64,000 bases of DNA from Raja brachyura. Its lineage: Eukaryota. Below the pieces are notes generated by a model. The model worked only from the letters and a program-made list of their open reading frames with translations. It had not been told where the DNA came from and did not search any database. The position numbers and the translations under genes are program-made. Of this stretch, positions 25,431 to 38,089 are shown piece after piece. The stretch is taken from assembly GCA_963514005.1 (NCBI GenBank), contig OY740797.1, positions 24,862,001 through 24,926,000 on the forward strand, given 5' to 3'. Position 1 is the stretch's first letter. Each line of letters opens with the position of its first letter.

Positions 25431-27809
25431 CAGGTGTGATAGAATTGGAGGGACCAGAGGTGGAGGTGTTGCATTGCTTGTCAGAGAAGATATTACAGCA
25501 GTGCTTTGGCAGGATAGATTAGAGGGCTCGGCTAAGGAGGCTATTTGGGTGGAACTGAGAGGTGGGAACGGTGTAGCAACACTTTTAGGGGGTGTATTAT
25601 AGACCGCCAAATGGAGATCGAGAATTGGAAGAGCTAATATATAAGGAGATAGCAGATATTAGTAGTAAGCTCAAGGTAGTGATTATGGGAGATTTCAATT
25701 TTCCAAAAATAGACTGGGAAACACATTCTGTAAATGGGCTGGATGGTTTGGAGTTTGTAAAATGTGTGCAGGATAGTTTTTTGCAGCAATGCATAGAGGT
25801 ATCGACCAGAGAAGGGACAGTGCTGGACCTCCTGTTAGGAAATGCGGCAGGTCAGGTGACGGAGGTATGCATTGGTGAACACTTCGGGACCAGTGATCAC
25901 AATACCATTAGTTTCAATATAATTATGGAGAGAGTCAGAACTGGACCTAGGGTTGAGATTTTTGATTGGAGAAAGGCTAACCATGGTGCTGCTTCTTCCT
26001 GCCTACAGGCAGCAATTAAAGAGCGCACCCCCAGAGGTGAGGACAGTACAGAGCTGGTCGGTGGGGGCAGAAGGACAACTACAAGACTGTTTGGAGTCTG
26101 TAGACTGGGCTATGTTCAAGGACTCGGCAACGGACTTGAATGAATACGCCACAGTCGTTACAGACTTCATAAAGAAATGTGTGGAGGACTGCATCCCTAC
26201 AAAAACCTTCCGAGTGTTTCCCAATCAGAAACCTTGGATGAACTGTGAGATCCGCACTCTTCTGAAGACCAGACACCGGGCATTCATGTCTAATGACACA
26301 GTGGTCTACAAGAAGTCCAGATACGACCTTGGTAAGGCCATCAAAAAGGCCAAAAGGGAGTTCTGCTCCAAGCTGGAGGATGAGACAGATGTTCGGCAGC
26401 TGTGGCGGGGACTGAATGCAATCACCTCTTACAAGGCAAAGCCAGGAGGCAGCTCAGATGTCGGCGATACATCACTCCCTGATGAGCTCAATGCATTTTA
26501 CGCAGGCTTTGATAGGGAGAACACCGATGTGCCTTCCCGAGCCCCTATTCGCTGTGATGGTATTTCAGTCTCAGTCACAGAGGCCGACGTCAGGAAATCC
26601 TTCAGAGGGGTGAACCCTCAAAAAGTGTCTGGACCTGATGGCATACCTGGTCATGTCCTAAAAACCTGTGCAGACCAACTGGCTGGAGTTTGTACGGACA
26701 TTTTCAACCTGTCACTTCTGAGGTCTGAGGTTCCCACCTGCTTCAAAAGGGCATCAATAATACCGGTGCCCAAGAAGAGCAAGGTGACGTGCCTCAATGA
26801 CTATCGACCTGTGGCACTAACGCCTGTGATGATGAAGTGCTTTGAGAGGTTGAGCATGGCGCAAATCAACTCCTACCTCGACAAAAACCTGGACCCACTG
26901 CAGTTCGCTTACCGCCACAACAGATCAACGGTGGACGCGATCTCGCTGGCCCTACACTCCGCTCTGGACCACTTGGACAACAAAAACTCATATGTCAGGC
27001 TGCTATTCATTGATTACAGCTTGGCATTTAACACAATCATCCCCTCCAAGCTGGTTACCAAACTTGCAGAACTGGGTCTTTGCGCATCCCTCTGCAATTG
27101 GATCCTCGACTTCCTCATCCACAGACCACAGTCTGTTCGTATTGGTGGAAATGTGTCAGACTCGATAACAATCAGCACAGGAGCACCTCAGGGCTGTGTG
27201 CTCAGCCCCCTGCTGTACTCACTCTATACTCATGACTGCGTAGCCGGTCATAGCGCGAACTCCATCATCAAGTTCGCTGACGACACCACTGTTGTGGGAC
27301 GTATCACTGATGGGGATGAGTCCGAGTACAGAAGAGAGATCGAGCAACTGTCCATATGGTGCCAGCACAACAACCTGCCCTCAACACCAGCAAAACCAAG
27401 GAACTGATTGTGGACTTTGGAAGGAGTAGGATGGGGACCCACAGTCCTGTTTATATCAACGGGTCGATGGTTGAAAGGGTCAAGAGCTTCAAATTCCTGG
27501 GCGTGCACATCTGTGAAGATCTTTCCTGGTCCGAGAACACAGATGCAATTATTAAGAAAGCTCATCAGCACCTCTACTTCCTGAGAAGATTACGGGGAGT
27601 TGGTCTGTCAAGGAGGACACTCTCTAACTTCTACAGGTGTACAGTAGAGAGCTTGCTGACTGGTTGCATCGTGGCTTGGTTCGGCAACTTGAGCGCCCTG
27701 GAGAGGAAAAGACTCCAAAAAGTAGTAAACACTGCCCAGTCCATGGTTACACAAAAAGCTGGAGAAACTCAGCGGGTGCAGCAGCATCTAAGGAGCGAAG
27801 GAGATAGGC

Positions 27810-27837
27810 GACGTTTCGGGTCGAGACCCTTCTTCAG
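27810..27837 (-). ncRNA. Minimal Penelope-type hammerhead ribozyme motif (inverted copy)
   Basis: Exact reverse complement of 29423-29450. Confidence 0.7.
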
Positions 27838-29422
27838 ACTGGTCAGGGATCAGGGAAACGAGAGATATAAACAGTGATGTGGAGAGATAAGGAACAATGA
27901 GTGAAAGATATGCAAAAAAGTATTGGTGATAAAGGAAGCAGGCCATTGTAAGCTGTTTGTGTGTGAAAATGAGAAGCTAGTGCGACTGGGGGGGGGGGGG
28001 GAGATGGAGAAGGAATGTCAGGGCCAGAGGGCTGAGGGAGAGGTGGGGGGGAGGCAGTTTGGGTTAACAGAATTGAGAAAATTCAATGTTTAAGCCCAGA
28101 GGATGCAGACTCCCCAAGCGGAATATGAGGTGCTGTTCCTCCAACTTGCGGTGTTGATCACTCTGGCCGTGGAGGAGGCCCAGGACCGAGAGGTCGGATA
28201 CGGAGTGGGAGGGGGAGTTGAAGTGCTGAGCCACCGGGAGGTCGGGTTTGTTATTGCGGACCGAGCGGAGGTGTTCGGCGAAACAATCGCCCAGCCTCCG
28301 CTTCGTCTCACCGATGCAGATCAGCTGGCATCTGGAGCAATGGATGCAGTAGATGAGGTTGGAGGAGGTGCAGGTGAACCTCTGTCGGACTTGGAATGAC
28401 TGCTTGGGTCCCTGAAAGGAGTGGATGGGGGAGGTGAAGGGACAAGTGTAGCATCTCTTGCGGTTGCAAGGGAAAGTGCCCGGGGAAGGAGTGGAGCGGG
28501 AGGGAAGGGGAGAATTGATGAGGGAGTTGCGGAGGGAGCGGTCTTTGCGGAAGGCAGACAGGGGGGGAGATGGGAAGATGTGGCGAGTGGAGGGGTCACG
28601 TTGGAGGTGACGAAACTGGCGGAGGACTATCTGTTGTATGCGCTGGCTGGTGGGGTGAAAGGTGAGGACCACATCTTGCCATCTCCCCCCCTGTCTGCCT
28701 TCCGCAAAGGCCGCTCCCTCCGCAACTCCCTCATCAATTCTTCCCTTCCCTCCCGCTCCACTCCTTCCCCGGGCACTTTCCCTTGCAAACGCAAGAGATG
28801 CTACACTTGTCCCTTCACCTCCCCCATCCACTCCTTTCAGGGACCCAAGCAGTCATTCCAAGTCCGACAGAGGTTCACCTGCACCTCCTCCAACCTCATC
28901 TACTGCATCCGTTGCTCCAGATGCCAGCTGATCTACATCGGTGAGACGAAGCGGAGGCTGGGCGATCGTTTCGCCGAACACCTCCGCTCGGTCCGCAATA
29001 ACCAACCCGACCTCCCGGTGGCTCAGCACTTCAACTCCCCCTCCCACTCCGTATCCGACCTCTCGGTCCTGGGCCTCCTCCACGGCCAGAGTGATCAACA
29101 CCGCAAGTTGGAGGAACAGCACCTCATATTCCGCTTGGGGAGTCTGCGTCCTCTGGGCTTAAACATTGAATTTTCTCAATTCTGTTAACCCAAACTGCCT
29201 CCCCCCCACCTCTCCCTCAGCCCTCTGGCCCTGACATTCCTTCTCCATCTCCCCCCCCCCCCCCCCCCCCCCAGTCGCACTCACTTCTCATTTTCACACA
29301 CAAACAGCTTACAATGGCCTGCTTCCTTTATCACCAATACTTTTTTGCATATCTTTCACTCATTGTTCCTTATCTCTCCACATCACTGTTTATATCTCTC
29401 GTTTCCCTGATCCCTGACCAGT

Positions 29423-29450
29423 CTGAAGAAGGGTCTCGACCCGAAACGTC
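29423..29450 (+). ncRNA. Minimal Penelope-type hammerhead ribozyme motif
   Basis: CTGAAGA-A-GGGTC tc GACCC-GAAAC-GTC: catalytic boxes CUGANGA and GAAA, stem II, palindromic ACGT stem III and a GUC cleavage triplet. Confidence 0.7.
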
Positions 29451-32400
29451 GCCTATCTCCTTCGCTCCTTAGATGCTGCTGCACCCGCTGAGTTTCTCCA
29501 GCTTTTTGTGTAACCCTCGATTCTCCAGCATCTGCAGTTCCTTCTTTAACACTGCCCAGTCCATCATCGGCTCTGACCTTCCTTCCATCGAGGGGATTTA
29601 TCACAGTCGCTGCCTCAAAAAGGCTGGCAGCATCATCAAGGACCCACACCACCCTGGCCACAGACTCATCTCCCTGCTACCTTCGGGTAGAAGGTACAGG
29701 AGCCTGAAGACTGCAACAACCTGGTTTAGGAATAGCTACTTCCCCACAGCCATCAGGCTATTAAAACTGGCTTGGAACTCTGAACATTAATATCCCTCCA
29801 TCTGTTATTTGCACTTTATTAATTTATTAATTCATGGGTGTATTTATCTATAGAATTGTAGTCAATGCCTTCTATGTTCTGTTGTGCTATGCAAAGAAAG
29901 ATTCTCATTGTCCTGTCAGGGACACATGACAATAAACTGTTTTGAATTTGACTTGACTTTTAAGGAGTAAGGTTTTGGAAAAGGGAAAGAAAGTATCAAG
30001 TATCAACTTTGAGGGAATGCGTAATGATTTAAAAGGAGTGAATTGGGACATTTTGTTTTATGGGAAGGATGTAGAAGAGAAATGGAGGACATTTAAAGGG
30101 GAAATTGTAAGAGTACAGAATCTTTATGTCCCTGTTCGGTTGAAAGGAAATAGTAAAAATCGGAAAGAGCCATGGTTTTCAAAGGAAATTGGATACCTGG
30201 TTCGAAAAAAGAGAGATATCTACAATAATTATAGGAGGCATGGAGTAAATGAGGTGCTAGATGAGTGTAAAGAATGTAAAAAGAATCTTAAGAAACAAAT
30301 AAGAAAAGCTAAAAGATGATATGAGATTGCTTTTGCAAGAAACGTGATAGTAAATCCAAAGGGTTTCTACAGCTATATTAATAGCAAAATGATAACGAGG
30401 GATAAAATTGGACCATTAGAGAGCCAGAATGGACAGCTATCTGCAGAGCCAAAAGAGATGGGGGAGATATTCAACAATTTGATTTCTTCCGTATTCACCA
30501 AGGAGAAGGATATTGAACTCGGTGCGGTAAGGGAAAAAAGTAGAGTAGCTATGGAAACTATGAGATTCAAAGAGGAGGAAGTACTGACACTTTTGAAAAA
30601 TATAAAAGTGGATAAGTCTCTAGGTCCTGAGAGGATATTCCCTAGGACATTGAGGGACGTTAGTGTAGAAATAGCAGGGGCTATGACAGAAATATTTCAA
30701 TTGTCATTAGAAACGAGAATATTACCGGGGGATTGGCGTACTGCGCATGTTGTTCCATTGTTTAAAAGGGGTTCAAAGAATAAACCTAGCAATTATAGAC
30801 CTGTTAGTTTGACGTCAGTGGTGGGCAAATTAATGGAAAGGATACTTACAGATAATATATATAAGCATCTGGATAAACATGGTCTGATCAAGAACAGTCA
30901 ACATGGATTTGTGCCTGGGGTCATGTATGACAAACCTTCTTGAATTTTTTGAAGAGGTTACTAGGGAAATTGATGAGGGTAAAGCAGTGGATGTCGTCTA
31001 TATGGATTTCAGTAAGGCCTTTGACAAGGTTCCCCATGGAAGGTTGGTTAAGAAGGTTCAATCTTTGGGTGTTAATGGCAGAGTAGCAAGATGGATTCAA
31101 CAGTGGCTGAATGGGAGATGCCAGAGAGTAATGGTGGATGGCTGTTTGTCAGGTTGTAAGCCGGTGACCAGTGGGGTGCCTCAGGGATCTGTGTTGGGTC
31201 CACTGTTGTTTGTCATGTACATCAGTGATCTGGATGATGGGGTGGAAAATTGGATAAGTAGGTATGCAGATGATACTAAGATAGGTGGTGTTGTGGATAA
31301 TGAAGTAGATTTTCAAAGTCTACAGAGCGATTTGAGATAGGGCGGTAAAGAAAGCTTTTGGTGTGCTGGCCTTTATAAATCAGAGCATTGAATATAGGAG
31401 TAGGGAAGTAATGTTAAAATTGTACAAGGCATTGGTGAGACCAATTCTGGAGTATCGTGTACAATTATGGTCGCCTTATTATAGGAAGGATGACAACAAA
31501 ATAGAGAGCGTACAGAGGAGATTTACTAGAATGTTGCCTGGGTTCCAGCAACTAAGTTACAGAGAAAGGTTGAACAAGTTAGGTCTTTATTCTTTAGAGC
31601 GCAGAAGGTTAAGGGGGGACTTGATTGAGGTCTTTAAAATGATGAAAGGGATAGACAGAGTTGACGTGGATAAGCTTTTCCCATTGAGGGTAGGGAAGAT
31701 TCAAACAAGAGGGCATGACATGAGAATTAAGGGACAGAAGTTTAGGGGTAACATGAGGGGAACTTCTTTACTCAGAGAGTGGTGGCTGTGTGGACTGATC
31801 TTCCAGCAGAAGTCGTGGAGGCAGGATCGATTTTAACATTTAAAAGTAAAGTGGATAGGTATATGGACGGGAAGGGAATGGAGAGGTATGGTCTGCGTGC
31901 AGATAGATGGGACTAGGGGAAAATAAATGGTCGGCACGTACTGGAAGGGCCGGGAAGGCCTGTTTCCGTGCTGTAATTGTTATATGGTTATATGGTTATA
32001 TGGTTAATTGCTTGAACTACCTCCTCGGGTACCCTGGGATGCAGACCATCAGGCTCTGGGGATGTATCAGCATTCAGTCCCATCAGTCTACCCAACACCA
32101 TTTCCTGACTAATGTGAATTTCCTTCAGTTCCTCCATCACCCTAGGTGCTTTGTCCCCTAGTATATCTGGGAGATTGTTTGTGTCTTCATTAGTGAAGAC
32201 AGAACCAAAATACCTGTTCAACCTACCTGCCATTTAATTTTTGCCCATAATAAATTCACCTGTTTCTGTCTTCAAGGAACCCGCATTGGTCTTAACTATT
32301 TTTTTCCTCTTCACATATCGGTTTTACTATCCTCCATTCTATTCTTGGCTAGCTTACCTTCGTACCTCATTTTTCTCCCCGTATTGCCTTTTTAGTTACC

Positions 32401-33334
32401 TCTGTTGATCTTTAAAAGTGTCCCAATCCTTTGGCCTTCTGCTCATCTAAACTATATTATACGTCTTATATTTTATTTCTATACTGTCCTTGTCTTCCCT
32501 TGTCAACCAGTCGCCTCTTGCTCCCCTTAGAATCTTTCCTCCTCTTTGGAATGAAAAGATCCTGCATTATCTGGATTTTTCCCTGAAATACCTGCCATTG
32601 GTGTTCCACTGTAATCCCTGCTAGGGTCCATTTCCAGTCAACTTTGGCCATCTCCGCTCTCATGCTACCATGGTCCCCTTTGTTCAACTGCAATACTGAC
32701 ACTTCCAATTTTACCTCCCTCTCAAATTGCAGATTGAAACTTATCATAATATGGTCACTACCTCGTAATAGTTATTTTATCTTGAGTTCCTTTATCAAAT
32801 CCGTTTCATTACACAACACTAAATCCAGAATTGCCTTCTCCATAGAAACATAGAAACATAGAAAATAGGTGCAGGAGGAGGCCATTCGGCCCTTCGAGCC
32901 AGCACCGCCATTCATTGTGATAATGACTGATCGTCCCCTATCAATTACCCGTGCCTGCCTTCTCCCCATATCCCTTGGCTCCACTAGCCCCTAGAGCTCT
33001 ATTTAACTATCTCTTAAATTATTGGCCTCCACTGCCCTCTGTGGCTGGGAATTCCATAAATTCACAAACCCCATAAACTCCACAAATTCACAAATTCCAT
33101 AAATTCACAAATTCCATAAACTTCTTGGTAGGCTCCAGCACAAGCTGCTCTAAGAATCCATCTCGGAGGTACTCTACACATTCCCTTTCTTGGGGTCCAG
33201 TGCCAAGCTGATTTTCCCAGATTGCAGGTTGCTGCATGTTGAAATCTCTAATAACCATCCTAGCATTACCTTTTCTTACATGCCAATTTTAGCTGCTGAT
33301 GCAACTTGCACCCTATATCCAGGCTACTGTTTGT

Positions 33335-33726
33335 AGGCTGTGACCTTCCTTCCATCGAGGGGACCTACCACAGTCGCTGCCTCAAAAAGGCTGGCAGCAT
33401 CATCAAGGACCCACACCACACTGGCCACACACTCATCTTCCTGCTACCTTCGGGTAGAAGGTACAGGAGCCTGAGGACTGCAACAACCCGGTTCAGGAAT
33501 AGCTACTTCCCCACAGCCATCAAGGTATTAAACTTGGCTCGAACAAAACTCTGAACATTAATATCCCTCCATCTGTTATTTGCACTTGATCAATGTATTC
33601 ATTCATGTGTGTATTTACGTATATAATTGTAGTCAATGCCTACTATGTTCTGTTATGCTATGCAAAGAAAGAATTTCATTGTCTTGTCAGGGACACATGA
33701 CAATAAACTCTTTTGACTTTGACTTT
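33335..33726 (+). mobile_element. Rex1/Babar 3' fragment
   Basis: DLPSIEG.YHSRCLKKAGSIIKDPHH, with a (tttgac)n tail. Confidence 0.85.
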
Positions 33727-33779
33727 GTTTGGGGGCCTGTAGATAACTCCCATTATGGTCTTTTTACTCTTACAATTTA

Positions 33780-36655
33780 TTTTCTATTTTTTTAATATTT
33801 CCAAAATGTTTATGATAACGCGTCACACAGAAGACATTAAGGTTTCAGGCCCAATCATTAGTTTATATTATACAGTTATAACATTAAATGCTGAATATAA
33901 TTATCAATGAACAACATAAATTGGAAACTATTCAACACTCGTTTTCCCATCCTAATTTGGTCCAAATCACTACACATGCTTGCTGATTAGAAACGCTCTT
34001 CTTATTTCCTCCACAGTTTTAATTTCTTTAAATCCTAAAACCTTCAAAGGATTTCTCCAAGTGTTTCGAATACTGACCTTTGTTCCCAATTTTTTAATCT
34101 TTTTAAATTACTATTTTTAATTTGTTATTACTATACAAAACAAAAAAGAGAAAGAAAAGAAAGAGAAGAAAGACAACAGAAAAAGCTGCCAGACATAACA
34201 CTATTGGTGCAATCCACATGGTGCTACACAGTCAGGCATTGCAAGAGCACAAATAAGGGGTACAGGACTACATCACTGCAGAAAATATTAAATTATTGGT
34301 CTTTCAGATGGTTAATAAATGGTCCTCATACACTTAAAAAGTTGTTGGGTACCTTGGAGTTGTGGAAGCGTATCCTTTCCATCTGTATGATTATTATCAT
34401 TTCATAGAGCCATTTTTCGAAGCAGGGGTGTGTGGATTATTTCCAGTCTGTTAGGATCATTTTATTGGCCGCCACCATACCAAGCATCAGTGCTTGTTGT
34501 TCTTCAGACGTGAATTCAAAGCAGTCTCAAGGCATCCAAAAAGTGCCAGTTCTGGATCAGGGGGAATATCTTTTCCATAGATCCCAGAGAACCACTTAAA
34601 TATTTCAGACCAGTATCTTTGTATATGAGGACAGAGCCAGTAAATGTGTGTCAAAGAACCACCTGTACCTTTGCATCTGTCACATATTGGAGAAATAGAT
34701 GGATAGATTCGATGTAATTTGAGTCTTTGAATCTATGGATGACTTTAAACTGAATCAGTGCATACCTGACATTGATCGAATAAGTTTGGATTCTGGTCAA
34801 ACCTTCATTCCAAATGTCGTCAGACACCTCGAAATTCAGCTCAGTAGGCCAAGCTTCTTTCAGATGGTTAGTGGATACAGATGTGGTGAATAGACGCACA
34901 AAGCGAGATATTAGATGTTTGGAGCCCGGAGGAAGCTGCAGGAGCTCGTAGAGTGGGCAACTGTCAGGCATGGTTTGAAAATTTAAAATTTGGTCTTTAA
35001 CGTAGTGCCTAATTTAGAGATAGCGAAAAAAAAGAGTTGGAAAGGTTAAATTTTGATTTCAGCTGATTAAACTAAGCAAACATTTTGTCTATATATAAAT
35101 CTCTGGGGGTCGCAAGGCCCTTGTCCCTCCAGACAGCAAATACCCCATCCATCTATGAAGCGAAAAACGAATGGTTGTGACATATGGGGGTGTAAATAGA
35201 GACATTTGACAACGTACTGAAACTTCTTATCTGATTTAAAATTCGAATAGAATTTCTTAAAATAAAATACTCACCAACCAACTTGTGTGGGGATTCTGTT
35301 TTGGAAAAAAAGCAAAGTACAGAGGGAGGAATTTTTCACTGCTGTGATTTCAATGTTTAGCCACAAGGGGGCATTATTATTATTATTCAAATGTTCATCT
35401 GGGAATCCCCATTGCCAGTAAATCAGATCTCTAGCATTGGCTGCCCAATAGTCGTGGCGAAATATAGGAAGACCCACACGCCTCCTTCATGTTTTGGCTT
35501 TTGAAGATGCACCTTTGATATACAGTGGGCTTTATAGCCCCAAATAAATGGAAGGATAATAGAGTATTTTAAAGAATGATGAAGTAAGAAGAAATGTGAG
35601 ATTTTGGAATAAATATAAAAATATAAGAAGAGACACCATCTTGATAGTGTTAATACATCCCACTATAGACGAGGATAAAATCCTCCACTTCTCTATGTTC
35701 AATTTTAATTTTGTAATCATATCAGTGCAATTGAGTTTAAATACAAGTTTGGGGTTTAGGGGTATTTTGAGTCCTAGATATGTAAAATGGTCATATACTA
35801 TCTTAAACGGTAGAGCCTCAAGAAAATCTGAATCTATACTGTCTGATAAAGGCATAAGCTCGCTCTTACTCCAGTTGACTGGGTATCCGGAAAGCTTGCC
35901 AAATGATTTAATAAAATCTAACAAGGGAGGCACAGAGGCTTCTGAATAGGAGAGATATAATAATGTGTCATCGGCGTAAAGCCCCACATGACTATCCACG
36001 TTCCCCACCTTAATACCCCTGATGTTTGGGTAACTCCTGATACCTATTGCGAGGGGCTGCAGAGCAATATCAAAGACTAAGGGGGACAGAGGATCTCCCT
36101 GTCTGACCCAATGTTGTAAGTCAAAAGGTCCAGATTTATCATTATTATTGAGGATGGATGATGTCGGACAAAGATACACCATTTTGACCCCACGCAATAA
36201 AGGAGTCCCCAAACCCAAATCTTTTAAGTGACTCTAACAATTAGGGCCACTCTATCCGGTCGAACGCTTTTTCGGCGTCTAAAGATAAGATGGCCGCTCT
36301 GGAATCCCCCAACCAAGAGTATTTGGTGGAGCTATATAGATTATTCAGGAGTCGACGCACATTACAAAACGAAAATCTACCTGGAATAAACCCTGTTTGG
36401 TCAGGGTGAATAATTGATGAGATATGCTTCCCCTGTCTATTTGCTAGTATTTGTGTGATAGCCTTTTGATCAAAGTTGAGGAGAGCAATAGGCCTATAGC
36501 TGCCAGGTTCAGTTTTATCCTTCTCTTTTTTTTAACAGGATACATATATTTGCCTCATACAGGGACTTCGGAAATCTGTTATTCTTAATCGAATCATTAA
36601 TCTTGCTAATTAGGAGTGGGGCAAGCGACTTATGAAATGCCTTGTAGAATTCACA
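33780..36655 (-). mobile_element. L1-clade LINE ORF2 relic
   Basis: SLDAEKAFDR, RQGDPLSPLVFDIALQPLA, LYADDTLLY and FGKLSGYPVNWSKS; T-rich tail near 33780. Confidence 0.9.
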
Positions 36656-36809
36656 ACCAAATCCACCCTTACGATTTCTCAGTTCTATCCACAATGTCTC
36701 TACAACTTCTGATCCTATGTAACCCATCACAAATGACTGAATTTCATTCCTTACCAACAGTGCTACCCCACCCCGTCTGCCCACCTGTCCGTATTTTCGA
36801 CGGGATATA

Positions 36810-37281
36810 TCTATCTATCTATATATTAATAAAACTATCGTCTTGACCACGTTCTATCTGTGTTGTAATTAAATTTGCGCAAAAACGATCCCCCGTAGCG
36901 CTACGATTTTTCGCCACCTTACCATTCTCCTCTGCTGCAAATCAAATCAGTTTTGTTCCGATCGGTGCAATAGCACAAATGTTATGAAGGTTTTGAAGGT
37001 TCCCCCTCCCACACACCCGCTCATCCCCCACACCTCCCCCACACCCACCCTCCCCCTCAGCCGCCCCCCCAAAATCCCCTCCCCCACCCCCCCCCCCCAC
37101 CCCCCTGCCCCCCTCCCCCAGACCCCCCTCCCCACCCCCCCACCCCCACATTGCTTTGGGGGAACGGGTTGCGTTGGGGGAAGAGGTGAGTGGTGGAATA
37201 TTGCGTTGGGAAATGGGATGCGTTGGTGGGGGGACCAGGCCTCCCGTGTGGCTGGGACGCAACGGGTCCGACTTAGTCTAG
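36810..37281 (+). mobile_element. Complete non-autonomous Helitron
   Basis: 5' TCTATCTATCTATATATT, 3' hairpin ggac..gtcc then CTAG. Inserted between A36809 and T37282 of a CR1, with no TSD. Confidence 0.88.
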
Positions 37282-38089
37282 TAGCCTTGAATATTCAGTT
37301 CCCAGCCCTGGTCCTCTTGCGGCCATGTTTCTGTAATTCCAACAACATCTTACTTGCCAATTTTTAAACTGAGCCTCTAGCTCATCCACTTTATTGCTTA
37401 TACTTCGCGCATTCATAGATAACATTTTAAATTCGGTATTCATCTCCCCTCTCACGCCGGTTCCTATTTCACCTGACCTTACTCTCTCATCCCTTCTTGA
37501 ACTTTCCGTCCCATTACATCGGGTGTCTTTCGTAATATTTCCTGTACTCTCTTCCCCTTTAACACCACCCTTATACTCCCAATTTGTCAACCCCCACCCC
37601 CCGCTACAAGCAATAGATTGAAATCAAAAACATATAGATAGAACATCCAAAATTGACCATTTTACTCTGTCTTCGCTTCGATTATTTTGGATGGATTACG
37701 TGGACCACGGCCGGGCTAGTATTTATTGATCATTCCTAACGGCGATTGAGCAGATCTTAATGGCCGCATCCTTGAACCTCTGCAATCTGCATGCTACAAT
37801 CTCGCGCTGGAGTTTATGGAAATCATCCAGACAAATGGAATTTATTTTTTGTAAAGAACACTAACTCACACGGGTTGAAACATAAGCATCTTTATTGTTC
37901 AGGTCATCAACTACACAGCAGGTCATCACACGTTCACATTGCTACTCAGACTGGCAAGCAGTGGGCAGGATCTTACACTATGAATGTTACAATTAGGCGG
38001 AGTTATAATTACTAAGCATTCTAATTGGCTAACATGCTACAGCCAGTGCTACAATATACTTAACTTCTGCTTTGAAATGGAGGAAAGAT

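Larger units (their letters stand above)
27745..29549. mobile_element. Palindromic Penelope-like element (Neptune-type GIY-YIG endonuclease) with inverted arms, 3' tail and 15-bp TSD
   Basis: Arms 27745-28583 and 28669-29515. Reads FPCKRKRCYTC..NLIYCIRCSRCQLIYIGETKRRLGDRFAEH..HFN..GLN. TSD cactgcccagtccat at 27730-27744 and 29550-29564. Confidence 0.93.
25981..29960 (+). mobile_element. Rex1/Babar-type LINE with near-intact RT (ORF 25953-27407, frameshifted into 27356-27877), split by the Penelope palindrome
   Basis: LNDYRPVALT..KCFE..LDPLQFAYR..TGAPQGCVLSPLLYSLYT..KFADD, with tail tgacttgact. Confidence 0.92.
25431..31995 (+). mobile_element. CR1 LINE (EN at 25431-25980, RT and 3' end at 30004-31995), split by a Rex1/Babar insertion
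   Basis: YYRPPNG..IMGDFNFP..LDLLL..SDH..FDWRKAN resumes as FEGMRNDLKGVNW..NYRPVSLTS..YADDTK, with a (tatggtta)n tail. Confidence 0.9.

Noticed and set aside
28064-29188. Two overlapping 255-aa ORFs as a genuine bidirectional gene pair
   Set aside because: The N-terminal parts are antisense read-through of the opposite arm. Only the GIY-YIG halves are real Penelope coding sequence.
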